14,082 nucleotides of DNA from a bacterium (lineage in GTDB: Bacteria; Bacteroidota; Ignavibacteria; UBA10030): assembly GCA_043803945.1 (NCBI GenBank), contig JAZDJN010000045.1, forward strand, positions 1 through 14,082, read 5' to 3'. The notes below the pieces were generated by a model. The model was not told the DNA's origin. It saw only the letters and a program-made list of their open reading frames with translations, and did not search any database. Below are positions 6,856-14,082 of this stretch, piece after piece. A program made the translations under genes and the position numbers. Every line of letters starts with the position of its first letter. Position 1 is the stretch's first letter.

Positions 6856-8544
6856 CTATTTCCTCTCCTTCATTGTTTGATCCTCAATAAATTCTGCCAG
6901 ACGGTTATACCGCTCATAGAGAACACGATACTTCTCGGCGTATTCCCGGCGCGGATGGTATACGATATCGAAGCCGCTGTCCATTGCCGTTGTTGCAGCT
7001 TCAACCGTCGGATACAAGCCTGCTGCCGTGGCAGCAAACATCGCAGCACCGAGTGCACAGGTTTGCTCGGACTTTGGAACACTGATCGGCACATCCAGCA
7101 CATCGGTAACGATTTGCATGATGAACGGCGATTTCTTTGCGACACCGCCGATGGCAATGACACCGTCGATGCGCACTCCTTCAGATCGAAACCGTTCGAT
7201 AATTTTCTTCGCTCCAAAAGCCGTTGCCTCCACCAGTGCCCGGAATATCCTCGGAGTATCGCTGCCCAGGTTCAGTCCGGTAATAGCTCCCTTCAATAAT
7301 TGATTTGCATCGGGAGTACGGCGGCCATTCATCCAATCCAGAGCAAGAATGCCTGAAGTCTCCACCGGAATATTCTCCGCTGCTGCAGAGAGCTCATCTA
7401 TTATAGTGTCTGATACTTCTTTGATGAGTTGTTCTCGTTGATTGACTGGCAACGATGAACTTTTTGTCAGGATGTGTTCTACCGGCCAGAGTAAAACGTC
7501 CTTGAACCAAGCATAGACATCGCCGAAGGCCGACTGGCCTGCTTCAAGGCCGATGAGGCCCGGAATGATCGATCCATCAACTTGTCCGCAAATACCTCTG
7601 ACCGTCCGCTCGCCAACATCCTCAGTCGGTGCCACAAGCATATCGCAGGTCGATGTTCCCATAATTTTGGTCAACACGTACGGTTGAATTGCAGCGCCCA
7701 CCGCACCCATATGCGCATCGAATGCCCCAACACCGATAGTAACATTCGTGGTCAATCCAAGCCGCTCGGCCCATTCTTGTGTGAGTGTGCCGACAGCAAC
7801 ATTGCTTGTGAAGGTCTCGGTGAATAATCGAGCACGCACACCGGTTAATAATGGATCGAGTTTCCGGAGAAATTCTTCAGCCGGCAATCCGTTGAACGAA
7901 GGGTGCCACATCGCTTTATGGCCGGCAGCACAGCGGCTTCGTTTCATTGTCAACGGATCGGTCTTGCCGGTAAGAAGAGCGGGAATCCAGTCGCAATGTT
8001 CAACCCATGAAAACGCTGCCTCGCGGATTTCCGGAGCAGCCCGGAGGACATGCAGAATCTTTGCCCAGAACCACTCCGACGAATAGATGCCACCTTCGAA
8101 CTTTGTATAATCGATGCCGCCCCAGATCCGGGCAAGCCGGTTGATCTCCTCCGCCTCCTGAACGGCGGTGTGATCTTTCCAGAGCACAAACATAGCATTC
8201 GGATTCTCACTGAAACCAGACAGCAGCGAGAGGGGTGTTCCATGCTCATCAACCGGACCGGGTGTCGAGCCGGTTGTATCGACTGAGAGTCCAATGACAT
8301 GTTCGGGCACATCCGGAGCAGCGCTCATCAATGCCGAGCGAATGGATTCTTCGAGTCCCTCGATGTAATCAAGCGCATGCTGGCGAAATTGATTCTTCAC
8401 CGGATCGCAGTATTTGCCCTCTCCCCACCGCCGGTATAGCGCAACGGCACTGGCAATTTCGGTACCATTCATCGCATCGACAATAACCGAGCGGACAGAG
8501 TCCGTTCCATAATCAACTCCAATGACATAGTGATGTGTGCTCAT
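6856..8544 (-). CDS. araB: Ribulokinase (FGGY family)
   Basis: IGVDYGTDSVR, DTTGST, LWKDHTA, GGIYSSEWFWAK, CAAGHKAMW, GTSTCD, EAGQSAFGD and DWMNGRRTP. Start reassigned to ATG 8544 (MSTHHYVIG, GGTGG upstream) to avoid overlap with the LacI gene, giving 562 aa. Confidence 0.95.
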   Translation of the reverse strand: MSTHHYVIGVDYGTDSVRSVIVDAMNGTEIASAVALYRRWGEGKYCDPVKNQFRQHALDYIEGLEESIRSALMSAAPDVPEHVIGLSVDTTGSTPGPVDEHGTPLSLLSGFSENPNAMFVLWKDHTAVQEAEEINRLARIWGGIDYTKFEGGIYSSEWFWAKILHVLRAAPEIREAAFSWVEHCDWIPALLTGKTDPLTMKRSRCAAGHKAMWHPSFNGLPAEEFLRKLDPLLTGVRARLFTETFTSNVAVGTLTQEWAERLGLTTNVTIGVGAFDAHMGAVGAAIQPYVLTKIMGTSTCDMLVAPTEDVGERTVRGICGQVDGSIIPGLIGLEAGQSAFGDVYAWFKDVLLWPVEHILTKSSSLPVNQREQLIKEVSDTIIDELSAAAENIPVETSGILALDWMNGRRTPDANQLLKGAITGLNLGSDTPRIFRALVEATAFGAKKIIERFRSEGVRIDGVIAIGGVAKKSPFIMQIVTDVLDVPISVPKSEQTCALGAAMFAATAAGLYPTVEAATTAMDSGFDIVYHPRREYAEKYRVLYERYNRLAEFIEDQTMKERK

Positions 8545-8555
8545 AAGACCACCGA

Positions 8556-9590
8556 TTAATCCTGATAATATTTGAGATTGTCCTTCGTGAGAATATCGAG
8601 CGGCATCATCAGGCACTTCTCCACCTTTTCGCGCAGAACGATATTACTATAGAGGCTGTATATCCCTTCATAGCCCTGCATGTGCGGCCGCTGGCTGATA
8701 AGAAATTCGATCGCTCCGCGCCGAAGGAGGCGTACGTTGCGCGAGATCAGATCGTAACCGATGACAACAACACTCCCCGCCCGGTTCTCTTTCTCCAAAT
8801 ACTCCGCAAAGGGGAATGTGTAGGAATTCGAAACGAAAATTCCTTTGAGGTCGTTGTAGGTGGAGACAATAGTTGCCGCAAGCCGTTGAAACGCGCGTTC
8901 ACCCAGCGAGCTGTCCGCCTCTGTCAAGACAACGTTAATTCCCTTACAGTTCTCCATCCCGGATTGAAATCCTCTGATGCGCTCGTTGATGTGGAAATCT
9001 TCAGGATTCACTTTCACCGCAACGACTGTGCCGCCGGAATTCACCATTCTCCGGATCAGATGCGCCGCAAGCAGCCCGCCTTGAAAAGGATCCTGAATCA
9101 CACAGGAGAGACTGTTCGATTCCGGGATTGTTGAATCGACAAAGACATAGGGGATCTGTTTTGGAATGGATTGCAAAAGGTCAGACGCAAAATGCGAGAT
9201 GACAGGAGCGATCAGGATCCCTTCGGGATGGTTCTGAAGAGCCTTTCGAAATGTCGACCGGATGGAGGGCTCGGAGTAGCGATCGAAGCAGTAGAAATCG
9301 ACATTGACTTTAAATGACTCCAGCTCCTGCTGCGCCTTACGAATGCCCTGAGCCAGAATGTTCCAGTACCCAGTGTCCTGATTCAGTTTCGGAATCAGGA
9401 CGGCAAAATGGTACGACATCGCCAGCGAAAGATTGCGCGCATAGATATTTGGCCGATAGTCGAGCCGCGCAACGATCTTTTCAATTTTCTTTTGCGTCTC
9501 TTTGGCTACACGGCCGCGCTTGTGAAGTACACGGTCGACAGTTCCTTGAGAGACACCCGCTTTTCTTGCGATATCCTTGATGGAAACCAT
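8556..9590 (-). CDS. LacI-family transcriptional regulator with periplasmic-binding-protein-like sugar domain
   Basis: N-terminal HTH SIKDIARKAGVSQGTVDRVLHKRGRV, hinge YRPNIYARNL and C-terminal IGYDL...FLISQRP. Confidence 0.93.
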   Translation of the reverse strand: MVSIKDIARKAGVSQGTVDRVLHKRGRVAKETQKKIEKIVARLDYRPNIYARNLSLAMSYHFAVLIPKLNQDTGYWNILAQGIRKAQQELESFKVNVDFYCFDRYSEPSIRSTFRKALQNHPEGILIAPVISHFASDLLQSIPKQIPYVFVDSTIPESNSLSCVIQDPFQGGLLAAHLIRRMVNSGGTVVAVKVNPEDFHINERIRGFQSGMENCKGINVVLTEADSSLGERAFQRLAATIVSTYNDLKGIFVSNSYTFPFAEYLEKENRAGSVVVIGYDLISRNVRLLRRGAIEFLISQRPHMQGYEGIYSLYSNIVLREKVEKCLMMPLDILTKDNLKYYQD

Positions 9591-9663
9591 ACGTGCTAAC
9601 TATCCTTGAGAACTTGACGTTATTTCGCAAGAGCCCTGACACAAAAGAATAGACTAAGAATTA

Positions 9664-9783
9664 AACCGCTGCACCGGAGGCGCATCAGCCTTTGGCTGAA
9701 AAGTTCGCCAAGGACACCAAGGAAGAGAAATCAGATATTTGGATTCTTTCTCACCTTACTTATTCTTGGCGCTCTTGGCGGTT
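9664..9783. repeat. Inverted-repeat element (CGCCAAG 9-mer type) with a 30-bp double-hairpin insert at 9670-9699
   Basis: The left arm without the insert, AACCGCAAAGTTCGCCAAG, matches the reverse complement of 9765-9783, AACCGCCAAGAGCGCCAAG, at 16/19. The insert is TGCACC-GGA-GGCGCA + TCAGCC-TTT-GGCTGA. Confidence 0.8.
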
Positions 9784-9812
9784 GGGCCTTTTCTTCAAGC
9801 TTTCTGAATCTA

Positions 9813-11567
9813 TTATCCGACGAAATAGAAATAAGCAGCAAGAATCAGCACAAGCACCATCGCTGAGGCGAAGACATCGCCTGTAGTCCAGCTTGACCTC
9901 GATTGTTTCCGATCTTCGTCTCCCGTTGTAGCAAAGGTGAGTCCGCTGATCTTCTCATGCGACGGCGCTTCGGTCGCATAACTCACGGCAACCATCACTA
10001 CAACACAGACGATAAAAATGAGGAGACTGTAATATTGGAAGAAGATGTGGTTCATGATCCAGAAGAAGGAGCCGGGAGCATATGTAAATCCGCTAATCAA
10101 CTTTACCGGTGTATCGATCGCCAGGCGGAAGAGTCCCAGTGCAAAACCGGTGAGCAGCGCTGCAAGGCACCCTTTGGCATTCAAACGTTTATTGAACACA
10201 CCGAGAAAGAATACAACAAAAATCGGCGGCGCCAGATAAGCTTGCAGCCCCTGAAGATAATCGTACAAACCCTTGCCGCCCTGGATGACCGGTATCCAGA
10301 GAAGGCCGATCAACACCATCACTCCCGTTGCCACTCTTCCAATCCAAACTAACCGATGTTCACTCACATTCGGGCGCAGGCGTGAATAGAAATCGATGGT
10401 GAAGAGTGTTGAGCAGGCGTTGAACGCTCCTGCTAATGAACTCATCAATGCCGCCAGCAATCCTGCGACAACGATGCCGCGAATTCCGACAGGCAGGACA
10501 TACGCAACGAGAAGAGGAAATGCCTGCTGCGCCTGATCGCGAATAATTGTGCCATCGGCACCAATCAATTGATGCTGCAGTTCTGGAATCTTACCGCTCT
10601 TCGCCAGGGCGAAGCAGATAATACCCGGGATGATAAAGATAAAAACCGGCAACAGTTTAAAAAATGCTGCTGCAATGGAGCCGCGGCGCGCTTCCCGTTC
10701 ATTCGGCGCACCAAGTGTGCGCTGCACAATATATTGATCGGTGCACCAGTACCAGAGTCCGATGATCGGCGCACAGAACAACATGCCAAGCCATGGATAG
10801 TTGTCGTTGAAATACCATGCCATCTTCCCCGCTTCCTTTACCGGAGCCCACGTTCCTTCGACACCGGCAGGCACCAGCGGTTTCCAGAGGTTGAACATAT
10901 CGGCATTGACAATTGCCCGCAGTTCAGACCACCCGCCGAGAGCCTGAAGTCCGAACACTGTCACCAGCGCCGAGCCGATGATAAGAATAATAGTTTGCAA
11001 CGCCTCTGTGTATGCCACAGCGCTCATGCCGCCAACGATAGTGTAGATCCCGGTAATCACGATAACAAGGATGGAGCCGATCCAGAAGCTATCCATCCCC
11101 ATGAAATTCATTTCAGGAAGAAGCACGGAGAACACGACACCTCCGGCGTAGATACCGACGGCAATCTTCGTGAGGACATAGGCAACGAGAGAGATGACCG
11201 ACAGGACGGTGCGTGAAGTGGAAGAGAACCGGCGTTCGAGAAATTCCGGCATGGTAAACACTTTCGACCGCATGTAGAAGGGCACCATCACCCAGCCCAG
11301 CACGAGCAGGCACCATGCATGCAATTCATAGTGGGCCATGGCAACGCCGTCTGTTGCGCCCGAGCCTGCCAATCCGACCAGATGTTCCGAGCCGATATTG
11401 GAAGCAAAGATCGAAGCCCCGACAACAAACCAGCCCAGGTTGCGGCCGGCAAGAAAATAGTGAGTCGAGGTGTCCTGTTGTTTCCGAATGACCCACCACG
11501 CGAGACCAATCACGACGCTAAAGTACCCGGCGATGGCGATCCAGTCGAGTGTCTGTAGTGTTCCCAT
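9813..11567 (-). CDS. Sodium:solute symporter (SSS/SLC5, vSGLT-like); probable arabinose/pentose importer
   Basis: YFLAGR, ASNIGSEHLVGLAGSG, TMPEFLERRF, WYWCTDQYIVQR, GLLAALMSSL and many hydrophobic segments. AAGGA RBS upstream. The substrate is inferred from context. Confidence 0.93.
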   Translation of the reverse strand: MGTLQTLDWIAIAGYFSVVIGLAWWVIRKQQDTSTHYFLAGRNLGWFVVGASIFASNIGSEHLVGLAGSGATDGVAMAHYELHAWCLLVLGWVMVPFYMRSKVFTMPEFLERRFSSTSRTVLSVISLVAYVLTKIAVGIYAGGVVFSVLLPEMNFMGMDSFWIGSILVIVITGIYTIVGGMSAVAYTEALQTIILIIGSALVTVFGLQALGGWSELRAIVNADMFNLWKPLVPAGVEGTWAPVKEAGKMAWYFNDNYPWLGMLFCAPIIGLWYWCTDQYIVQRTLGAPNEREARRGSIAAAFFKLLPVFIFIIPGIICFALAKSGKIPELQHQLIGADGTIIRDQAQQAFPLLVAYVLPVGIRGIVVAGLLAALMSSLAGAFNACSTLFTIDFYSRLRPNVSEHRLVWIGRVATGVMVLIGLLWIPVIQGGKGLYDYLQGLQAYLAPPIFVVFFLGVFNKRLNAKGCLAALLTGFALGLFRLAIDTPVKLISGFTYAPGSFFWIMNHIFFQYYSLLIFIVCVVVMVAVSYATEAPSHEKISGLTFATTGDEDRKQSRSSWTTGDVFASAMVLVLILAAYFYFVG

Positions 11568-11738
11568 AGGAGATTCCTTCCGGAGTTAATATGAAACAGA
11601 ATGTAAAGATCGAATCATGGTATTGTCGATGAAGCGTGTGAGAAATGAACGATCGATATCATGACTGCTGCAGTGTCGAGCAGGGGTGATATCACAGGGT
11701 GGGTGTGTGCTGACGACCCACTGGGATTTTTGTGCCGT

Positions 11739-11767
11739 AAGTTGCGTGTCCGTACACGCAAAAGCAA
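11739..11767 (-). promoter_or_regulatory. Candidate LacI operator (11742-11761) within a candidate sigma70 promoter for the symporter-ara operon
   Basis: Palindrome TTGCGTGT-CCGT-ACACGCAA has 8-bp perfect arms and a central CG typical of LacI operators. The minus strand reads TTGCTT-17bp-CAACTT around it. Confidence 0.65.
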
Positions 11768-11800
11768 GAAAAATTTTTGTGGGCGCCTATTTTAAAGAAT

Positions 11801-12110
11801 TGCCGCCAAGTGCACCAAGAAAAAATGTGGGAGTTTTCGACGCTCCCGCGCCGGATTGCTAAACGCACAAAACCTTTTCTCCCTCACTCTTAATCCCTCT
11901 CCCATCAACGGGAGAGGGTGTGCCCGCCCGCCTGACCGCATGCGGTCGGGCGGGCGGTGAGGGCGTTCCGCGAATACTGAATGCCTAAATCGTCTGCATT
12001 AATTGTTCTCTTCGCCCCCGGCGGGGACGCCTTCAAGCCAGGGAAGTTTTTAAATACAATAGACACTTATTCCGACGATTCTATATTTGACGCTTGGCGT
12101 CTTGGCGGCA
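11801..12110. repeat. 310-bp element bounded by inverted repeats TGCCGCCAAG/CTTGGCGGCA, enclosing nested hairpins
   Basis: Perfect 10-bp inverted repeat at 11801-11810 and 12101-12110, the same CGCCAAG type as 9664-9783. Inside are CCCTCAC(11881)...GTGAGGG(11963), the hairpin CCCTCTCCC/GGGAGAGGG (11895-11918), and a 34-bp palindrome with one mismatch (11924-11957). Confidence 0.75.
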
Positions 12111-12114
12111 TATT

Positions 12115-13317
12115 TTATTTTGTCGAAAAGCTATACACCGTCGTCGACCTGTATGTCTCACCCGGATTCAGTGTAGTCGTTGGGAAATCCGGTTTGTTCG
12201 GCGAATCGGGATAATGCTGTGTCTCCAGGCAGAATCCATATCGATGCTGGTAAGCCTTCCCCCCTTTTCCGATATTCGATCCATCGAGAAAATTGCCGGA
12301 ATAGAATTGCAAACCCGGCTCGGTAGTAAAAACCTCCATAATACGTCCACTCGTTTTCTCCCAGACGCTCGCTGCGAGAAGAAGTTGATCGCGAACAATG
12401 ACCTCACGCTGATGAATTGAATCATTCTTCACCGACTGAAACTCTACGAGACGAGCTTGAACCTGATTCAGCACCCAGTTATGATCGTATCCTTTGCCGA
12501 AGGTGAGCTGCTCATCTTTGACATCGATTCGTGTTCCAATAGCCGTCGGTGTTCGAAAATCCATTGGTGTATCTTTTACGGAACGCAGTTCTCCAGTCGG
12601 AATAAGACCCTCATCGATCGGAGTAAATCGGTCGGCGTCGATTGTCAACTCGTGGTTGAGAATATTGCCTGATCCGGCACCTGCGAGATTGAAATACGAG
12701 TGATGCGTCAGATTCACAACGGTCGGTTGGTCTGTAGTGGCAATATAGTCGATCTTCAGGGAATTGTCTTCCGTGAGCGTATAGACCACTTCTACCGTCA
12801 ATGTGCCGGGGTATCCCTCTTCGCCATCATTGCTGATATAACTCAGAACGAGTGTCTGGCCGGGAACGCTCTTCTGTTCATTGACAGTCCAGAAGACCTT
12901 ATCGAATCCCACGACTCCTCCGTGCAGTGTATTGGCTCCGTTGTTCACAGCGAGTGTGTACTCCTTGCCATTCAGTGTGATCTTTCCTTTCCCGATTCTG
13001 TTTCCATAGCGGCCTATCAGCGCACCAAAGTATGGGTTGCCCTTGAGGTAATGACTCAGAGAATCGAATCCAAGCACAATATCGGCGAGCTTATTATTTT
13101 TATCGGGTACAAGCAGTGAGACGACGATGCCGCCGTAGTTGGTAATCTTCGCTTCCATCCCTTTTTGATTCTTCAATGTGTACAGATACACCTCTTTACC
13201 ATCCGGCAAAATGCCGAAATTTTCTTTCTTCATGGCAGACTCCTTTTTCCCCGAGCAATCGGTAAACAGAAATGCGGCAAACACCAAACAAGCCAGCAAC
13301 GCAGCGGTCATTTTCAT
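12115..13317 (-). CDS. galM: Aldose 1-epimerase (mutarotase) with a probable lipoprotein signal peptide
   Basis: GRYGNRI, LHGG, DGEEGYPG, NLTHHSYFNL, GYDHNW, QFYSGNFL and FCLETQHYPDSPN. The N-terminus is hydrophobic and ends FTDC-SGKKE. GAGG RBS upstream. Confidence 0.95.
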   Translation of the reverse strand: MKMTAALLACLVFAAFLFTDCSGKKESAMKKENFGILPDGKEVYLYTLKNQKGMEAKITNYGGIVVSLLVPDKNNKLADIVLGFDSLSHYLKGNPYFGALIGRYGNRIGKGKITLNGKEYTLAVNNGANTLHGGVVGFDKVFWTVNEQKSVPGQTLVLSYISNDGEEGYPGTLTVEVVYTLTEDNSLKIDYIATTDQPTVVNLTHHSYFNLAGAGSGNILNHELTIDADRFTPIDEGLIPTGELRSVKDTPMDFRTPTAIGTRIDVKDEQLTFGKGYDHNWVLNQVQARLVEFQSVKNDSIHQREVIVRDQLLLAASVWEKTSGRIMEVFTTEPGLQFYSGNFLDGSNIGKGGKAYQHRYGFCLETQHYPDSPNKPDFPTTTLNPGETYRSTTVYSFSTK

Positions 13318-13361
13318 TGGTTACCTCTTACGTAGATTGTTATCATTGCCCAACAAATTCT

Positions 13362-13489
13362 CCACGGATGGCACACCGAATTACCCCGTTCAACGGGGTG
13401 AACACAGATAATGGTCCTATTTGTTACTTCTTCTTACAGAATATCACACTATTGACCTTACTCGATGATTATCCGTGTGCCATCAGGGG
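13362..13489. repeat. Inverted-repeat element (GATGGCACAC type) with a palindromic insert in the left arm
   Basis: Removing 13377-13405 gives CCACGGATGGCACACAGATAAT, which matches the reverse complement of 13468-13489 (CCCCTGATGGCACACGGATAAT) at 19/22. The insert contains ACCCCGTT-C-AACGGGGT. Confidence 0.78.
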
Positions 13490-13501
13490 TTAACTATTTA
13501 T

Positions 13502-13513
13502 CTGAGCAGTTAC
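13502..13513 (-). mobile_element. Isolated IS66-like terminal sequence GTAACTGCTCAG
   Basis: Matches the IS66 end at 905-916 at 10/12, in the same orientation. No transposase or nearby partner end is visible. Confidence 0.45.
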
Positions 13514-13612
13514 AGTGAGACATAGAATAGTGGCATATGTAGATCCGGGAAAAACCTACAGCCAAATAAGTTGAAAATCAACTGTGCGGATCACAATGAA
13601 ACCTCACCCCCG

Positions 13613-13647
13613 TCTCACTTCTCACTTTTTACTTCTCACCGTCTTAC
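13613..13647. repeat. Short 7-bp tandem repeat (TCTCACT-like, about 5 units)
   Basis: tctcact tctcact ttttact tctcacc g tcttac. Confidence 0.7.
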
Positions 13648-13659
13648 AAAAGAATGCTC

Positions 13660-13687
13660 TTGCTTCTCATTTGTACGATGTTATATT
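13660..13687 (+). promoter_or_regulatory. Candidate sigma70 promoter of the integrase
   Basis: TTGCTT (13660-13665), 16-bp spacer ending in TG-n, then TATATT (13682-13687), 23 bp before the ATG. Confidence 0.55.
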
Positions 13688-13710
13688 GCTGTCACCTTTT
13701 AAGAGAAGCC

Positions 13711-14082
13711 ATGCAACCGTTGGCAACAAACACTCCGCAAAATAATCGGAACAATCTTCAGCCCATTCCTGGCAAGGGGAGTCGACCGAAGTTAATGGAT
13801 CAACTTCGCGAAGCATTACGTTCCCGTCATTATAGCCGGCGTACGGAGGAATCGTACGAGCAGTGGGTGAAACGTTTCATTCATTTCCATAACATACGCC
13901 ACCCATCGGAGATGGCCGAACCGGAGATTAACGCTTTTCTTACACATCTGGCTTTAAAAAAACATGTGAGCGCTTCGACGCAAAACCAGGCTCTTTCCGC
14001 GATCCTCTTTCTTTACCGCTATGTTCTCAACCGTGAGATAGGCAGTCTTGGTGAAGTGATACGGGCGCGGAAGTCCAATTAT
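13711..14082 (+). CDS. intI: Integron integrase (IntI-like tyrosine recombinase), N-terminal part; runs off the right edge
   Basis: Manual translation gives ...PKLMDQLREALRSRHYSRRTEESYEQWVKRFIHFHNIRHPSEMAEPEINAFLTHLALKKHVSASTQNQALSAILFLYRYVL...VIRARK, the characteristic IntI N-terminal SAM-like domain. The catalytic domain and the IntI-specific insertion are outside the window. The start is ATG 13711 or 13795. Confidence 0.88.
   Translation, partial: MQPLATNTPQNNRNNLQPIPGKGSRPKLMDQLREALRSRHYSRRTEESYEQWVKRFIHFHNIRHPSEMAEPEINAFLTHLALKKHVSASTQNQALSAILFLYRYVLNREIGSLGEVIRARKSNY

Noticed and set aside
8545-8616. N-terminal extension of araB
   Set aside because: It overlaps the LacI 3' end. Ribulokinase similarity starts just after ATG 8544.
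9594-9787. Possible attC site (minus strand GCCCAAC after the symporter stop ... GTTAGCA before the LacI start)
   Set aside because: The 194-bp span is longer than typical attC sites, no L boxes are visible, the second core is imperfect, and the LacI RBS lies upstream of the would-be crossover.
13620-13710. LexA box in the integrase promoter
   Set aside because: No CTGT-N8-ACAG or GAAC-N4-GTTC is seen. A lineage-specific box cannot be excluded.

Overview
This is a 14-kb bacterial window of roughly balanced GC. The lineage is possibly Ignavibacteria/Bacteroidota-like, which is only an impression from gene style and repeat types. The core is a minus-strand L-arabinose utilisation cluster: galM (with signal peptide), a sodium:solute symporter, a LacI-family regulator, ribulokinase araB, araD, a FucI/AraA-superfamily isomerase standing in for canonical araA, a DUF89/ARMT1 phosphatase, and a secreted GH127 beta-L-arabinofuranosidase. 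Two partial genes absent from the ORF track flank the cluster because they run off the window: an IS66-family transposase with its terminal repeat on the left, and a divergent integron-integrase-like gene on the right. The most unusual signal is non-coding. The long spacers hold REP-like inverted-repeat elements, and four of them are interrupted by tiny (21-30 bp) palindromic inserts. In three of the four, removing the insert restores the match to the partner arm. A further copy of one insert type sits in the IS66 leader. A second IS66-like end at 13502-13513 could bracket the whole cluster.
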